From positions 1-62,568 of the forward strand of contig JAGOOV010000002.1 of assembly GCA_017992295.1 (NCBI GenBank): DNA of 62,568 bases. The letters run 5' to 3'. The DNA comes from Candidatus Saccharimonadota bacterium (GTDB lineage Bacteria; Patescibacteriota; Saccharimonadia; Saccharimonadales; CAIOMD01). The position numbers and the translations under genes are program-made. Shown here in pieces: positions 19,865-30,625 of this stretch. Numbering within the stretch: the stretch's first letter is position 1; each line of letters starts with the position of its first letter. Below the pieces are notes generated by a model, which saw only the letters and a program-made list of their open reading frames with translations, was not told the DNA's origin and ran no database searches.

Positions 19865-20104
19865 ATGGATTCTGTAAAAGACATCTTGGCCAAAAAAGAT
19901 CTAGATAAACCAACCGAACTAACGGCGTTACAAGAATATTGTCAGGAGTTATTCGACTTTAAGCCGAAAGTAGCAGTTAAAAAAGATGCTATTTGGCTTT
20001 ACACACCAAACGGGATTTTAGCTACCGAATTAAGAATGCGACTACCGGAGATAAACCGCCGTTGCGGTTTAACTAAGAAACTGGTGATAAAAATTGGCAT
20101 GTAA
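19865..20104 (+). CDS. Small DUF721/DciA-like protein (tentative)
   Basis: 79 aa from ATG 19865. The pattern KKDAIWLYTPNGILATELRMRLPEI resembles DUF721. I prefer this start to the track start at 19841. Confidence 0.45.
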   Translation: MDSVKDILAKKDLDKPTELTALQEYCQELFDFKPKVAVKKDAIWLYTPNGILATELRMRLPEINRRCGLTKKLVIKIGM

Positions 20105-20296
20105 TCTTATAACGTTAAGTTAATTGTATTTTAAAGAAGTGTTAACAGCTAGCTGGTTATACTTTACGGTTTATTAGTTCTCAATTTCTACGTTCCTTAT
20201 AGCGAGGTTGATAATGCGGTTGATAATCTAAAACCAAGACCTTACCAAAACGAAAACTGCTATAGCCTCATTAATGCAATTGGGTTCAGTTTGTTA

Positions 20297-20734
20297 TTAT
20301 CCGGTTGAACCAAAGCCCTTGGAGCCACGTTTGGTTGCGCTTAATTCGATAACCAAACTCCATTCAACCTTTTCGTATTTACCAATTATCGCCTGTGCGA
20401 TCCTGTCTTTCGGTTTTACAATAAAGTCTTTTTTTCCGTTGTTTACCAAAATTACGCATACTTCTCCTCGATAATCGGCATCTATGGTGCCGACGCCGTT
20501 AGCTAACCCAATGCCGTACTTCAAAGCCAAACCGCTACGACCACGAATTTGCATTTCGTACCCCTCCGGTACGGCAACCGCTATGCCAGTCGGTATAGAA
20601 AAAATGTCGCCCGGTTTCATCCGGATTACTTTATCTACACAAGCATGTAAGTCCATACCTGCGCTATGCTCGGTTTGGTATTTAGGCAAAACGGCATTAT
20701 CACGAAGTTTTTTAATCTTAATTTTCATAACCAT
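20297..20734 (-). CDS. dut: dUTP diphosphatase
   Basis: Motifs HSAGMDL, GRSGLALKYGI, and the C-terminal RGSKGFGSTG. Confidence 0.95.
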   Translation of the reverse strand: MVMKIKIKKLRDNAVLPKYQTEHSAGMDLHACVDKVIRMKPGDIFSIPTGIAVAVPEGYEMQIRGRSGLALKYGIGLANGVGTIDADYRGEVCVILVNNGKKDFIVKPKDRIAQAIIGKYEKVEWSLVIELSATKRGSKGFGSTG

Positions 20735-20773
20735 AATTATAACTTCTTATAACGCTGGTGCTATCATTAAATT

Positions 20774-21307
20774 ATGAAGTTACACTTTGAAAAGTCGTGG
20801 CATCTCGCGATATTTGTTTTTTGTGTCATTTTAGCAATAGCTAGCTGGATGATTGCATTTTATTTCTGGAGCAAGCTCCCTCAAACAATACCTACTCATT
20901 TTAGTTTCAGTGGTCAAGCCGATAGCTGGAGTCAAAAAAGTTTGTGGTATATGCTTTTAGTCCCCCTACTACAAACTGTGCTGGTAATAGGTTTCGGATT
21001 TTTATACCTTAAGCCGCAATACACCAACATACCAAGCACTCTCTTTTTAATAACCTACGAAAAAACTAAACGTAACATTGCCTATAAACTAATTAGAAAT
21101 ATGCTGGTAGTCTCCCTAGCCTTTGTCGGCGTCTTTTTTACGTACCTAACTTTTGCCTTAAACTATGCTGCTTTTCATGGCAGTATTAGCCTGATGCCGC
21201 TGGTTTTGATAGTTTGGCTGGTTGCCCTATTCGCTTGGCTAATTTGGTACAACGTTAAAGTTTATCGAACAACTATGAAGTTCATCGCCGATAACAAATC
21301 AAAATAA
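20774..21307 (+). CDS. DUF1648-type membrane protein (SdpI-like N-terminal module)
   Basis: Four TM helices and the motif LPQTIPTHFSFSGQADSWSQKS. Confidence 0.7.
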   Translation: MKLHFEKSWHLAIFVFCVILAIASWMIAFYFWSKLPQTIPTHFSFSGQADSWSQKSLWYMLLVPLLQTVLVIGFGFLYLKPQYTNIPSTLFLITYEKTKRNIAYKLIRNMLVVSLAFVGVFFTYLTFALNYAAFHGSISLMPLVLIVWLVALFAWLIWYNVKVYRTTMKFIADNKSK

Positions 21308-21444
21308 TTCTTTTTTGACATTTTGCCAAATAAGCCCGTTTTCGTCCGTATAGCTTGAGCCGTCTTCATGAAAGCCTAATTTCTCAGATATTTTCTGCAT
21401 CGGTTGGTTTAACGTTTGGTAGCTTTTGTACTTTTTAGGTTCTA
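21301..21444 (-). pseudogene. C-terminal remnant of a GNAT N-acetyltransferase
   Basis: A 47-codon minus-strand frame reads ...YQTLNQPMQKISEKLGFHEDGSSYTDENGLIWQNVKKELF*. The N..(I/L).(K)LGF segment is the typical GNAT C-terminus. A stop lies immediately upstream and the acetyl-CoA motif is absent. Confidence 0.35.
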
Positions 21445-21631
21445 AATAGCTTAGACCGACTTATTTGAACTAGAGCCAACATCCTCGCCACGAGGTGTTT
21501 TGGCCTATGATTCCAAGTTATTATGAGAGACGATTTTTTTTCGGGATCGCTGTTTGACCCAACAAGTTAGTGTACGAAAAGACTTTTACAGTTAGCGGTT
21601 TTGCCTAACTTTGTCCGTATTAAGTTGGAAA

Positions 21632-24277
21632 TTATAACTCGCCCCAATTTTGCCCAGTACGCACCTCTACTGCTAGTACAATGCCCAACCCTGGATACAC
21701 ATTTTCCATAACATCTTTCATTATCTCGGAAACTTTTTGTGCATCTTTTTTTAAGCACTCAACTAAAAGCGAATCATGTATTTGCAGTAACTGTCTTGGC
21801 TTATTATCATCGGCTTCCAGGCTGCTGTTCTTAAACTCCTGATCGAATTTTTGCTCTAATTTGGCCATAGCCATCTTCATTAAATCTGCCTCCGTGCCTT
21901 GAATCGGCATATTAACCGCCTGTCTCAGCGCCGCCTCTCGCACTATGTAATTTGGCGATTTCACATCGGGAGTCGGCCTACGTCGCCCAAAAACCGTGGC
22001 TACGTAACCGGCATTCGCTGCGTGCTCTTTTAGAGTTTGGATATAATCCACCAGCGGCTGGCGAGAGGCAAAATATCGATCAATGAAATCTTGGGCATCA
22101 TTAAATGTCATACCTGTAGCAGCGGCTAATCCGTGTGGACTCATACCGTAAAGAACACCAAAATTAATCGTTTTAGCAGCATTGCGTTGTTCCTCTGTCA
22201 CGTCCTCTAACGCCACCCCGTAGACTTCGCTGGCTGTCCTAATGTGTATATCTTCTCCGCTGTTAAACACTTCCATCATGTCGGTATCGTTGGCCATAAC
22301 GGCAGCCAAGCGGAGTTCAAACTGACTATAATCCGCCGAAACAAACACTTTACCTTTATCTGCCACAAATGCCGCGCGAATAGTTTTACCCAGCTCGCTT
22401 CTAACCGGAATATTTTGTAAATTAGGATCGCTCGAGCTTAAGCGGCCAGTTTGAGCAATATTTAGATTAAAAGTAGTGTGTATACGCCCGTCTTTAGCCA
22501 CCAATTTAGGCAAAGCATCTATATAAGTATTTTTTAATTTAGTTAACTCACGATACTGACTAATTAAATCGACTACCGGGCTATAGCTTCTAAGCTTGTC
22601 TAGTTCGCCGGCTGCTGTTGAGTAGCCGGTTTTACCTTTTTTTATCCCCACGGTAGGTAAGCCCATATCTTCGAACAATATTTTTGCTAACTGCATAGGG
22701 CTAGAAATATTAAATGTTTGGTTTGCCAGCTTATAGATGTTTTCTTCTACCCTGCTTATCTTTAATGCCATTTGCTTTCCCATTTTCTTTAGGTAGGGTA
22801 CATCTAGTTTGATGCCCTTACATTCCATACGAGCCAAAACCGGTATCACCGGCCATTCAATTTTATTCGCCAAATCTGTCATTTTATTAAATTGTTCAAA
22901 ACTTTGAGCTTGTTTTTTGTGCAAAGCGCATAGAGTGTTCACCAATTCGGCAGCATACATCGAAACATCTTCTGGAGGAATTGCTGTAAAATCTTGATTT
23001 TGGTAGCCTAACTCGTCTTTGGCAATATCGTGTAACGTTTTTGGAGTCCTCAAGCTATCCAACAAAAAGGCTGCCACCTGAACATCGTGAGCTACCCTTT
23101 GGGGATATATTCCAACTTCAAAAAGACTTTTTAGATGACTTTTTACGTCATAGCCTGCAATCGGAGTCGTTTCGAGTAAGTGTTTTAAGCTTCTCAATTT
23201 ATCTATATCTTGGGGGAGTATAAAGGTGGCCACCTGAGAGCCCGTGCCAAGTATGACCGCGTAGGGGTCTGCTCCTTGAGCGCCACGACTGTAAGCATAC
23301 ACATATATACAAGTCGCCCTGTTGGCGTTAAATAACTCGGCAGCTACTACCCTTGGTGCTCGAGTTGATCCGTCTGCCAGCTCGGCCTCTTTTTCCTCGT
23401 TTATCAAATTTATTTCTGGCAGTTGTCTAAGTAAAGAGCGGAATTCCAAATTGGTTAATTCTTCTTTCAACTTAGTCGCGTCAAAATTATTAATATCCAT
23501 AGCTTTTAGATCTAATTTGATAGGAGCATCAGTAAACAAGGTAGCTAATTTTTTACTCAAATAGGCCGAATCTTTTCCCTTTAATAGCAATTCGTGAACT
23601 CGTCCGTCGATTAGATCGATATTATTGTATATTTCGTCCAAACTGTAATATTTCTTTAACAACGCTAGCGCCGTTTTTTCACCGATGCCGGGAACGCCTG
23701 GAATATTATCCGACGAATCGCCTTTTAAGCTCTTGTAGTCGAGGTACTGCTCTGGTTCAATACCATATTTGGCCTCGAAACTAGCCGGATGAAACTCTTC
23801 TATGCGACTTAAGCCTTTTTTAAGAGCGTAAACTTTTACATGACCGTTAATACACTGCAAAACGTCTAAGTCGCTAGTAATTAGTATTGTTTCAATATTT
23901 TTCTTCCGAGCTTGCGTAGCCAGCGTAGCCATAATATCGTCGGCCTCATAATCATCAAGCTCATAAAGTGGCCAGCCAAAGGCTTCTAATAAATTGTGCA
24001 GAATAGGGATTTGTTCGTAGAAGTCGGGCGGAGCCGGTTTACGACCGGCCTTATATGCCGGATAAATTTTTAATCTGGCGCGGATATTGGTTTTCGGCTT
24101 ATCCCACGCTACCGCCACATAATCCGGTTTTAGACGTTTTATGACTTCCAGACTTAAGGTGGTAAAACCGAACACTCCGCCGGTGGGTGTGCCGTCCTTT
24201 GTAGCTAGCCCCGGCATAGCGTAATAACCCCGATAAAAAATACTTTTACCGTCAATTATTACCAGTCTTTTATTCAA
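21632..24277 (-). CDS. polA: DNA polymerase I
   Basis: 881 aa with a 5'-nuclease domain, polymerase motif A (DYSQFELRL) and motif C (QIHDSLL). Apparent TTG start. Confidence 0.96.
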   Translation of the reverse strand: MNKRLVIIDGKSIFYRGYYAMPGLATKDGTPTGGVFGFTTLSLEVIKRLKPDYVAVAWDKPKTNIRARLKIYPAYKAGRKPAPPDFYEQIPILHNLLEAFGWPLYELDDYEADDIMATLATQARKKNIETILITSDLDVLQCINGHVKVYALKKGLSRIEEFHPASFEAKYGIEPEQYLDYKSLKGDSSDNIPGVPGIGEKTALALLKKYYSLDEIYNNIDLIDGRVHELLLKGKDSAYLSKKLATLFTDAPIKLDLKAMDINNFDATKLKEELTNLEFRSLLRQLPEINLINEEKEAELADGSTRAPRVVAAELFNANRATCIYVYAYSRGAQGADPYAVILGTGSQVATFILPQDIDKLRSLKHLLETTPIAGYDVKSHLKSLFEVGIYPQRVAHDVQVAAFLLDSLRTPKTLHDIAKDELGYQNQDFTAIPPEDVSMYAAELVNTLCALHKKQAQSFEQFNKMTDLANKIEWPVIPVLARMECKGIKLDVPYLKKMGKQMALKISRVEENIYKLANQTFNISSPMQLAKILFEDMGLPTVGIKKGKTGYSTAAGELDKLRSYSPVVDLISQYRELTKLKNTYIDALPKLVAKDGRIHTTFNLNIAQTGRLSSSDPNLQNIPVRSELGKTIRAAFVADKGKVFVSADYSQFELRLAAVMANDTDMMEVFNSGEDIHIRTASEVYGVALEDVTEEQRNAAKTINFGVLYGMSPHGLAAATGMTFNDAQDFIDRYFASRQPLVDYIQTLKEHAANAGYVATVFGRRRPTPDVKSPNYIVREAALRQAVNMPIQGTEADLMKMAMAKLEQKFDQEFKNSSLEADDNKPRQLLQIHDSLLVECLKKDAQKVSEIMKDVMENVYPGLGIVLAVEVRTGQNWGEL

Positions 24278-24403
24278 CTCGTTCGCAGCTATCTTTAACT
24301 CCTAGCGTCGTATACAAATATTATACTTCAAGACACCTGTTTTTAAGTTGGCTGCTAAAAATAATCAAAATTAAAGTGTTTGTAGGTGTTCTACTGTGCA
24401 GTT

Positions 24404-25474
24404 TTATTGATTAGCCACCGCCAAAGTGTTAGTGGCTGGCTGGTGTTGAGCTGTAAATCTGTCACCCGAATCTTTGATAACCAATTGTTGAGTAGTTTGG
24501 TTACCCGTTTTTAGCGCCAAAACTATCGAGTAAGCCACTTCGTCCACATTTTCTATCACCAACTGTCCGCCAGTAGATTCGCCATTCTCGCTTGCGGTTG
24601 TTCTAATCGCCGGCTGATATCTCTTAGCCTGCTCCAGTATATAAGCCCTCACAAGCCCTTTAGAGAAATCAAAATCAACATTCTTAGCGCCCGGCAACTG
24701 ATTAACGCTCAGCCAGTCAATTTTTTGTTTTATCGTTGGCCGTATGTATCTGTAGCCCAATTTTATACTTATCGGAGTTTGTAATAACGAGTTGCCCTTC
24801 TCCAGATCATCAGCCAAATCAGCCGCCAGTACGTTTGGCTTAGTGGTAACACTCGTTACATCGATATATGGCTCTCTTCCGCTGGCTAGAGCAAATCTAA
24901 TCTGTTCGATAATGAACTTGGCGTCGGAAGTAAAGCCGGTTACTTCCGGCCGAACCACCAGTTTATTGCCGTCAATCATCAGTTGAGCATCTTCAGATTT
25001 CGTTTGGCTGGTATTTATCCGTCGCTCTATGTAACCCGTGACGTATCTATCGCTCATTTTTATTGGCACCTCTAGGCGTTTCCATTCTAAAAACGACAAA
25101 ACGTTTGGTTTTTTCGGTATAGCGCTTTGGCTAAAGGTTTCGGTGTCCATCTCGATATTAAGTTGATCGAACTTTAGTTGACGTCGCAAGCCGCCTTCGT
25201 CAAAAGTAATATACATTTGGTTGTATTTTTCATCCAACAGAGTTTTTATTTGTTCTTTGGTTTTTCCGCCAATATAGGTGTCACCCACATAAGTGAAAGG
25301 TAAGCTACGGCCCTCAAATTTTTTGTTCACTATTACGCCAACAGAAGTTAGCGCACTTACAAAAACCGCTACAATTACAAAAGCCTCGACTACTCCTTTA
25401 ACCAAATTGCCTACTAGCCGTTTTCTGCGGTATTCTATAGCTCCCTTCTTAAAATCTAGCTTCTTGGGGAGCAT
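24404..25474 (-). CDS. Membrane-anchored extracytoplasmic protein (possible YoaR/VanW-N-terminal-like repeats)
   Basis: One TM helix (VVEAFVIVAVFVSALTSVGVIV). The segment YIGGKTKEQIKTLLDEKY resembles PG_binding_4-type modules. I prefer ATG 25474 (MLPKKLDF) to the track's TTG at 25603. Confidence 0.5.
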   Translation of the reverse strand: MLPKKLDFKKGAIEYRRKRLVGNLVKGVVEAFVIVAVFVSALTSVGVIVNKKFEGRSLPFTYVGDTYIGGKTKEQIKTLLDEKYNQMYITFDEGGLRRQLKFDQLNIEMDTETFSQSAIPKKPNVLSFLEWKRLEVPIKMSDRYVTGYIERRINTSQTKSEDAQLMIDGNKLVVRPEVTGFTSDAKFIIEQIRFALASGREPYIDVTSVTTKPNVLAADLADDLEKGNSLLQTPISIKLGYRYIRPTIKQKIDWLSVNQLPGAKNVDFDFSKGLVRAYILEQAKRYQPAIRTTASENGESTGGQLVIENVDEVAYSIVLALKTGNQTTQQLVIKDSGDRFTAQHQPATNTLAVANQ

Positions 25475-25712
25475 GGTTTTGTTTTGTTTTTGTACGCCAA
25501 TGCTTGAAACAACCGGGTTATGGTACGTCAACTGCGAGTTGTGACTTACTCCAAAACCGGTTTGTGTACAAACATTAAGGCGCGACAAACTATTGTCGTC
25601 CAAGTTTTTCCTCTTTTAAAGGCCCCTGATTTTGGGTTTGAATGGTGCCTTGTTTTGTTATTTGTCTCTATTTGATGTGCTAAAGCTGTTTGTTATTAGC
25701 TTATGCTTATAC

Positions 25713-25740
25713 TGTATATTTAGTTCTAGCGCCCTGTCAA
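25713..25740 (-). promoter_or_regulatory. Sigma-70-like promoter candidate for the 24404..25474 gene
   Basis: The minus strand reads TTGACA-N16-TATACA. Confidence 0.3.
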
Positions 25741-25804
25741 TATCATTTATCTAATACAGCTCTTATATTAATAACGCCATCTGATAACTGAACTTGATAT
25801 CCAT

Positions 25805-26911
25805 TTATTTTATGTAGTCGAGTAATCGTTTAGAGTCTTTGTGTTTGCGCAGCTTAGCCAACGCTTTAGCCTCAATTTGTCGAATACGCTCCCGGGTAAC
25901 GCTAAATTCTTGCCCCACTTCTTCAAGGGTGTGGCTTTTGCCATCTTCTAAACCAAATCGTAAACGGATAATTTTTTGCTCGCGTTCACTCAAAGAACCA
26001 AGCAAATCTTTGACCTGTTCTTTTAGCAACTGTCCGGCGGCGGATTCTTCCGGTGTTATGGTTTCTTCGTCCTCAACAAAATCACCTAAAACGCTATCTT
26101 CTTCGTCGTCACGCACACTTTGGTCGAGCGAGTGGATATCCTGCTTGATTTTCATAATATGCTCTACCTTTTCGACTTCTATCTCCATCTCTTTGGCTAT
26201 TTCCTCGTTGGTCGGCTCCCGGTTGAGTTCTTGGGTTAGACGCCGTTGAGTTCTAAGTAGTTTGTTAATAGTTTCAACCATGTGTACCGGTATACGTATC
26301 GTTCTAGCTTGATCGGCAATAGCCCTGGTTATAGCTTGGCGAATCCACCAGGTAGCATAGGTGCTAAATTTAAAACCTTTATCAGGGTCAAACTTTTCAA
26401 CGGCTCGAAGCAAGCCGGTATTGCCTTCTTGTATTAGATCAAGCAAATCCAGACCACGACCAACATAACGTTTGGCAATAGATACCACTAGACGCATATT
26501 GGCCTCGGCCATTTTATCTTTAGCGTTTTTTTCGCCAGCCACTACTTTTTTGGCCAAAGCTAACTCTTCTTCGGCCGTTAGTAGCGGTATTTTACCAATT
26601 TCACGCAAGTATAATCTTACAGAGTCGTCACTGATATCGTCCAGCAAGGCGTTGGGCTCTATTACAATTTCTTCATCTTCGGTCGTCCATTCGTCGCTAA
26701 AATCTTCTTTAGTCGGTTCTTCGGCAATTATTAACTCGATTCCCGCTTCTGATAACTCGTTATACAAGCTGTCTAACAAGTCTATATTGTCGGGCGTATC
26801 GGGAATTTGTTTAAATATTTCACGTTGCTCGATATGGCCCACTCGTTTGGCCTCTTCGAGTAGTTTTTCTTTTGCCGCACTTAATTCTATTGTTTGGTCT
26901 TCGTCTACCAC
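25805..26911 (-). CDS. rpoD: RNA polymerase sigma factor RpoD (sigma-70)
   Basis: Region 2 [14 protein letters not shown] and region 4.2 [27 protein letters not shown] start. Confidence 0.95.
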   Translation of the reverse strand: MVDEDQTIELSAAKEKLLEEAKRVGHIEQREIFKQIPDTPDNIDLLDSLYNELSEAGIELIIAEEPTKEDFSDEWTTEDEEIVIEPNALLDDISDDSVRLYLREIGKIPLLTAEEELALAKKVVAGEKNAKDKMAEANMRLVVSIAKRYVGRGLDLLDLIQEGNTGLLRAVEKFDPDKGFKFSTYATWWIRQAITRAIADQARTIRIPVHMVETINKLLRTQRRLTQELNREPTNEEIAKEMEIEVEKVEHIMKIKQDIHSLDQSVRDDEEDSVLGDFVEDEETITPEESAAGQLLKEQVKDLLGSLSEREQKIIRLRFGLEDGKSHTLEEVGQEFSVTRERIRQIEAKALAKLRKHKDSKRLLDYIK

Positions 26912-26921
26912 AAATACACTC

Positions 26922-28661
26922 CTACTTATTTTTTATTAAGGCGTTAAATTCGTCTAACAATTTGCTTACTTTTTTATCGTCGCCCTCGCGTTCGGCTTGA
27001 CGTATTGCCAAAGTTAATTCTTCTTTTTGTTGCTTTTGGTATTTTGCAATCAACTTGTTGATTAAGTCATTCAGCTCCCTTAGCCGCTCGTTAGAGTCAA
27101 AACTATCATAGAGCTCTTCTGCTTTGAATAGCAGTATTTTTACATAATTTTCAACATCTTTCAAGTCTTCGGGTATACCTTCGTTTAATGAAACTTGAGG
27201 ATTAGCTTCTAAATATTCATAAACGCGCTGTCTCTCGGGAGTATTGAACACTAATTTTTTCAGTTCGGTTTCTAGCAATCGACGCGTCGTCGGATAAGCC
27301 ACCAATAAACATAACAAACGATCCTCGTGCATATACGGGTCGCTTCCGGCCGGCTCGACCGACTGCGCCTTTCGCTTAAATACTTTTTTTGGATTCGCAA
27401 TGCTCGACAGCTTATTGCGGATAGCTTGCTCGCTAACTTCCGTCATCTTAGCCAGTTGTAATAAATAATGATCTTGTTCCACACTGTCGCGCAAACTGAC
27501 GATAGTCTTTAGCAAAACATCGCTAAATAATCTTTTACCGTTGGCAGTCGTTATATCATATATTTTTTGATACCTATCAATTAGCCAGTCGAGCGCATAT
27601 TGTGGTTTATGGATAGCTTCTTCCCATGCTGCCGAGTCTTTTTGTATTAATTCGTCGGGGTCTTTACTACCGGCTATGTTAACTATCGATAGGTGAACAT
27701 CCGAACGTTGAGCAATTTCTATCGCTCGTTCGGCAGCGGATATTCCGGCTTCGTCTTGATCAAAACAAAGCCTAATATCATCGGTAAACCGCTGTAATGC
27801 TTTGAGGTGTTGGCTGGTTAGGGCAGTCCCTCCTGTAGCCACAACATTGGCAAAACCGGCCTGATGGCTACTTATAACGTCTAAATTTCCTTCTACTATA
27901 ACCACAAAACCGCTTCGGCGGATAGCGTCCTTAGCTAAGTGTAGCCCAAAAACATGACGACTTTTATCGTAAAGTAATGTTTGCGGAACGTTAATGTATT
28001 TTGGCAAGTTAACATTATCGTCCAGCAATCTGGCAGTAAAGCCTATTGGTGCTCCTTGTGGATCCATTAAACATATCATTATGCGCCCTCGAAACATATC
28101 TGTTAAACCCCGGTAATTAGCGCTGACCAGTCCGGTCATTTTAATTATCGAATCTTCAAAACCACGTTTTTTTAAGAAATCTGCCAGGGCGTGTCCGGAG
28201 CTCGGCGAATAACCGATTCGGAAATTAGCGATAGTTTGCTTATTAAACTCGCGCTTTTTTACAACGTAATCAAGCGCCCCTTTATTTTTAAGTAAGGTTT
28301 GTTGGTAGTATTTGGTGGCCAATTCTAAGGCATTTAATATTTTGTCTTTTTGAGGTCGACTGCCTTTGAAGGCTGTTTTATAAAGAGCTAAATCTACCCC
28401 CGCTTTACGAGCCAATATCTCTAGAGCACCCTTAAAGTCAACACCCTCCATTTCCATAACAAAACCAAACATATTGCCACCTTTACCAGAACTAAAATCG
28501 TGCCAAATTTGCTTCTCGGGACTAACCATAAAACTCGGCGTTTTTTCATTATTAAACGGGGAGAATCCCCTAAAATTACGCCCCGCCCGTTTTAATTCAA
28601 CATACTCCCCGATAACGTCTTCAACAGATAGACGACTTTTAACATCCTCGACTGCATCCAT
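26922..28661 (-). CDS. dnaG: DNA primase DnaG (zinc-binding-domain ligands substituted)
   Basis: NEKTPSF motif, a Toprim domain ([11 protein letters not shown]...FDQDEAG), 579 aa, immediately upstream of rpoD. Confidence 0.92.
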   Translation of the reverse strand: MDAVEDVKSRLSVEDVIGEYVELKRAGRNFRGFSPFNNEKTPSFMVSPEKQIWHDFSSGKGGNMFGFVMEMEGVDFKGALEILARKAGVDLALYKTAFKGSRPQKDKILNALELATKYYQQTLLKNKGALDYVVKKREFNKQTIANFRIGYSPSSGHALADFLKKRGFEDSIIKMTGLVSANYRGLTDMFRGRIMICLMDPQGAPIGFTARLLDDNVNLPKYINVPQTLLYDKSRHVFGLHLAKDAIRRSGFVVIVEGNLDVISSHQAGFANVVATGGTALTSQHLKALQRFTDDIRLCFDQDEAGISAAERAIEIAQRSDVHLSIVNIAGSKDPDELIQKDSAAWEEAIHKPQYALDWLIDRYQKIYDITTANGKRLFSDVLLKTIVSLRDSVEQDHYLLQLAKMTEVSEQAIRNKLSSIANPKKVFKRKAQSVEPAGSDPYMHEDRLLCLLVAYPTTRRLLETELKKLVFNTPERQRVYEYLEANPQVSLNEGIPEDLKDVENYVKILLFKAEELYDSFDSNERLRELNDLINKLIAKYQKQQKEELTLAIRQAEREGDDKKVSKLLDEFNALIKNK

Positions 28662-28774
28662 ATCAACAGTGTAGTCGGCCGATTAGCAACTAGCAAGTAA
28701 CTCAACCTAAAATACTATTCGCCAGGCTGTTACTACTAGCGAACTTACTATCATTCCTGTTATGCTTTTACCTA

Positions 28775-29356
28775 ATGGAACAGTCAGACAATAACCCGTA
28801 CGATTTTATAATGGACCCACCAGGAGCAAAAAGCCGTTTTGGTTTTGGCGGGGGCAGTCAAAAACAAAAAATATTGAGAGTATTAATTTTGGTTTGTGGC
28901 TTGCTGCTGATTTTTGGCGGAGGATATGCTCTGCTGAGCAGTATCGGTAAAAAACAAAGCGAACAAATGTACCAACTAGCTGCTCAACAAATCGATTTGT
29001 CTGAACTTATCGATAAAAACTCTCGTGATTTACGAACTCCGGAGTTAATTAACAAATCAACCACTTTAGGCGTTATCATTGCCAGTCAATCTCAAGACAC
29101 AAACAGCTTTCTTTCCAAATTTGACCCTAAAAAAGGCAAAAAAATTAAATCCTACAGAAATACTAAATTCGATAAAGTACTGAATGACGCCAAAGCTCGC
29201 GGAAAATTTGAGGAATCTTATTCTTCCGTTTTGGCGAACCGATTAGATGCCTACAAAACCTTGTTAAGGTCTATCTATGCTTCGACAGACAACAAGAAAC
29301 TCAAAAAAATGGCTGAAAACTATCATTCGCAGCTATCTGTTGTTACGGATTCTTAA
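28775..29356 (+). CDS. Hypothetical membrane-anchored protein
   Basis: 193 aa with a single TM helix (ILRVLILVCGLLLIFGGGYALL). No recognisable motif. Confidence 0.6.
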   Translation: MEQSDNNPYDFIMDPPGAKSRFGFGGGSQKQKILRVLILVCGLLLIFGGGYALLSSIGKKQSEQMYQLAAQQIDLSELIDKNSRDLRTPELINKSTTLGVIIASQSQDTNSFLSKFDPKKGKKIKSYRNTKFDKVLNDAKARGKFEESYSSVLANRLDAYKTLLRSIYASTDNKKLKKMAENYHSQLSVVTDS

Positions 29357-29361
29357 AATAA

Positions 29362-29685
29362 TTATTCTTTTGCAGCCAAGTTGTAACTATGAAAAATAAG
29401 ACCTTGAATCTCTTCCAGGGGCAGCTGGCCGGTTAAAACTATAGTGTTCCAGTGTTTTTTGTTCAGATGATAGCCAGGCATAACGGTTTCGTATTTTTCG
29501 CGCAGTACCAACGACAGTTGTGGGTCACTTTTCAGACTCAGCTGGACGGGGTTTGAGCCTTCTTGAATGAGAGCAAACATTTTTTCATTCACTTTATAAA
29601 CAGCAACCTTTTCGCCAAATGGATAATCTAGCCTAACGTTCGGTAAGCCAAATATATACCCCTCAACATCTCTATGATTAATCAT
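29362..29685 (-). CDS. MmcQ/YjbR family protein
   Basis: 107 aa; reads LDYPFGEKVAVYKVNEKMFALI...PGYHLNKKHWNTIVL. Its start overlaps the orn stop by 4 bp. Confidence 0.75.
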   Translation of the reverse strand: MINHRDVEGYIFGLPNVRLDYPFGEKVAVYKVNEKMFALIQEGSNPVQLSLKSDPQLSLVLREKYETVMPGYHLNKKHWNTIVLTGQLPLEEIQGLIFHSYNLAAKE

Positions 29686-30215
29686 TTATCAAAGTATTTT
29701 AAATAAAATTTCAGTTCGGCTATCGATTCTTTTATATCATCTAGAGCACGATGCGATTCTTTTTTATTAAATACTAAATTATATTTTGTCTGCATTATGA
29801 CCTTAAAACTGCTTACATCAACCATCCGGTAGTGTAAAAGAGCGTCTACCTCCGGCCACCATTGTTTAATAAACTGTCTGTCTTGATGAATACTGTTGCC
29901 CGCCAATATGGCCGGCTCTTCAAAGTTATTTTTAATAAAATGGACAAATTCAATCATTACATGCTGCTCGTTTGGGGCCGCTTGCACTCTGTCTATCAAA
30001 CCGCTGGCTATATGGTTTTCTTTAGCCCAATTACCCATATTATTAATAATTTCAGGTGGTTGGAAAACTACCGATTCATATTTTGCCAGTTCCATAAACT
30101 CAAAGTTGGTAACGATGGCGGCAACTTCTAATATCCGGTCCTTGCCGGGATTTAAACCGGTCATCTCCATATCTAGCCATAGTAATTTTTGCGACAAAGA
30201 ATCGGTTGCCACCAT
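29682..30215 (-). CDS. orn: Oligoribonuclease
   Basis: DEDDh exonuclease motifs LWLDMEMTGL and HRALDD. Confidence 0.92.
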   Translation of the reverse strand: MVATDSLSQKLLWLDMEMTGLNPGKDRILEVAAIVTNFEFMELAKYESVVFQPPEIINNMGNWAKENHIASGLIDRVQAAPNEQHVMIEFVHFIKNNFEEPAILAGNSIHQDRQFIKQWWPEVDALLHYRMVDVSSFKVIMQTKYNLVFNKKESHRALDDIKESIAELKFYLKYFDK

Positions 30216-30234
30216 GTGCGTCTTACTCCCTATA

Positions 30235-30543
30235 TTATTCGGATTTCTTATCTAGTTTATCCAGTTTTAAGCCACGAACTACATAATAAATAACGGCTGC
30301 GACCGCGAATAAAGTAATGGTAGCAGATAAAATCGCCCCCCAACCAAACTCCAGTGAACGGCCATGCCAGTTGCTAATTACAACCCACTTACTACTCACC
30401 AAATTGGTACTTCCACCCACGATAAAATTAATAATCGGGTTAATAAACCCAACCACAATTGCTTCTACAGTTTTACCAACCTGGGTACCAATGGCCAAAC
30501 CCACGGCTAGCCCGACAACACCCTGAGTTCTAACAAAATTCAT
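30235..30543 (-). CDS. mscL: Large-conductance mechanosensitive channel
   Basis: Begins MNFVRTQGVVGLAVGLAIGTQVGKTVEAIVVGFINPII. ATG 30543 has an AAGGAAGG RBS, and I prefer it to the track's GTG at 30567. Confidence 0.9.
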   Translation of the reverse strand: MNFVRTQGVVGLAVGLAIGTQVGKTVEAIVVGFINPIINFIVGGSTNLVSSKWVVISNWHGRSLEFGWGAILSATITLFAVAAVIYYVVRGLKLDKLDKKSE

Positions 30544-30625
30544 AAAGCCTTCCTTTTTTCGTGCCACGATGAAATCTCCTTGTTATACATAGATAATAGT
30601 CGCTTTTAATGTTTTTAGTAAATGC

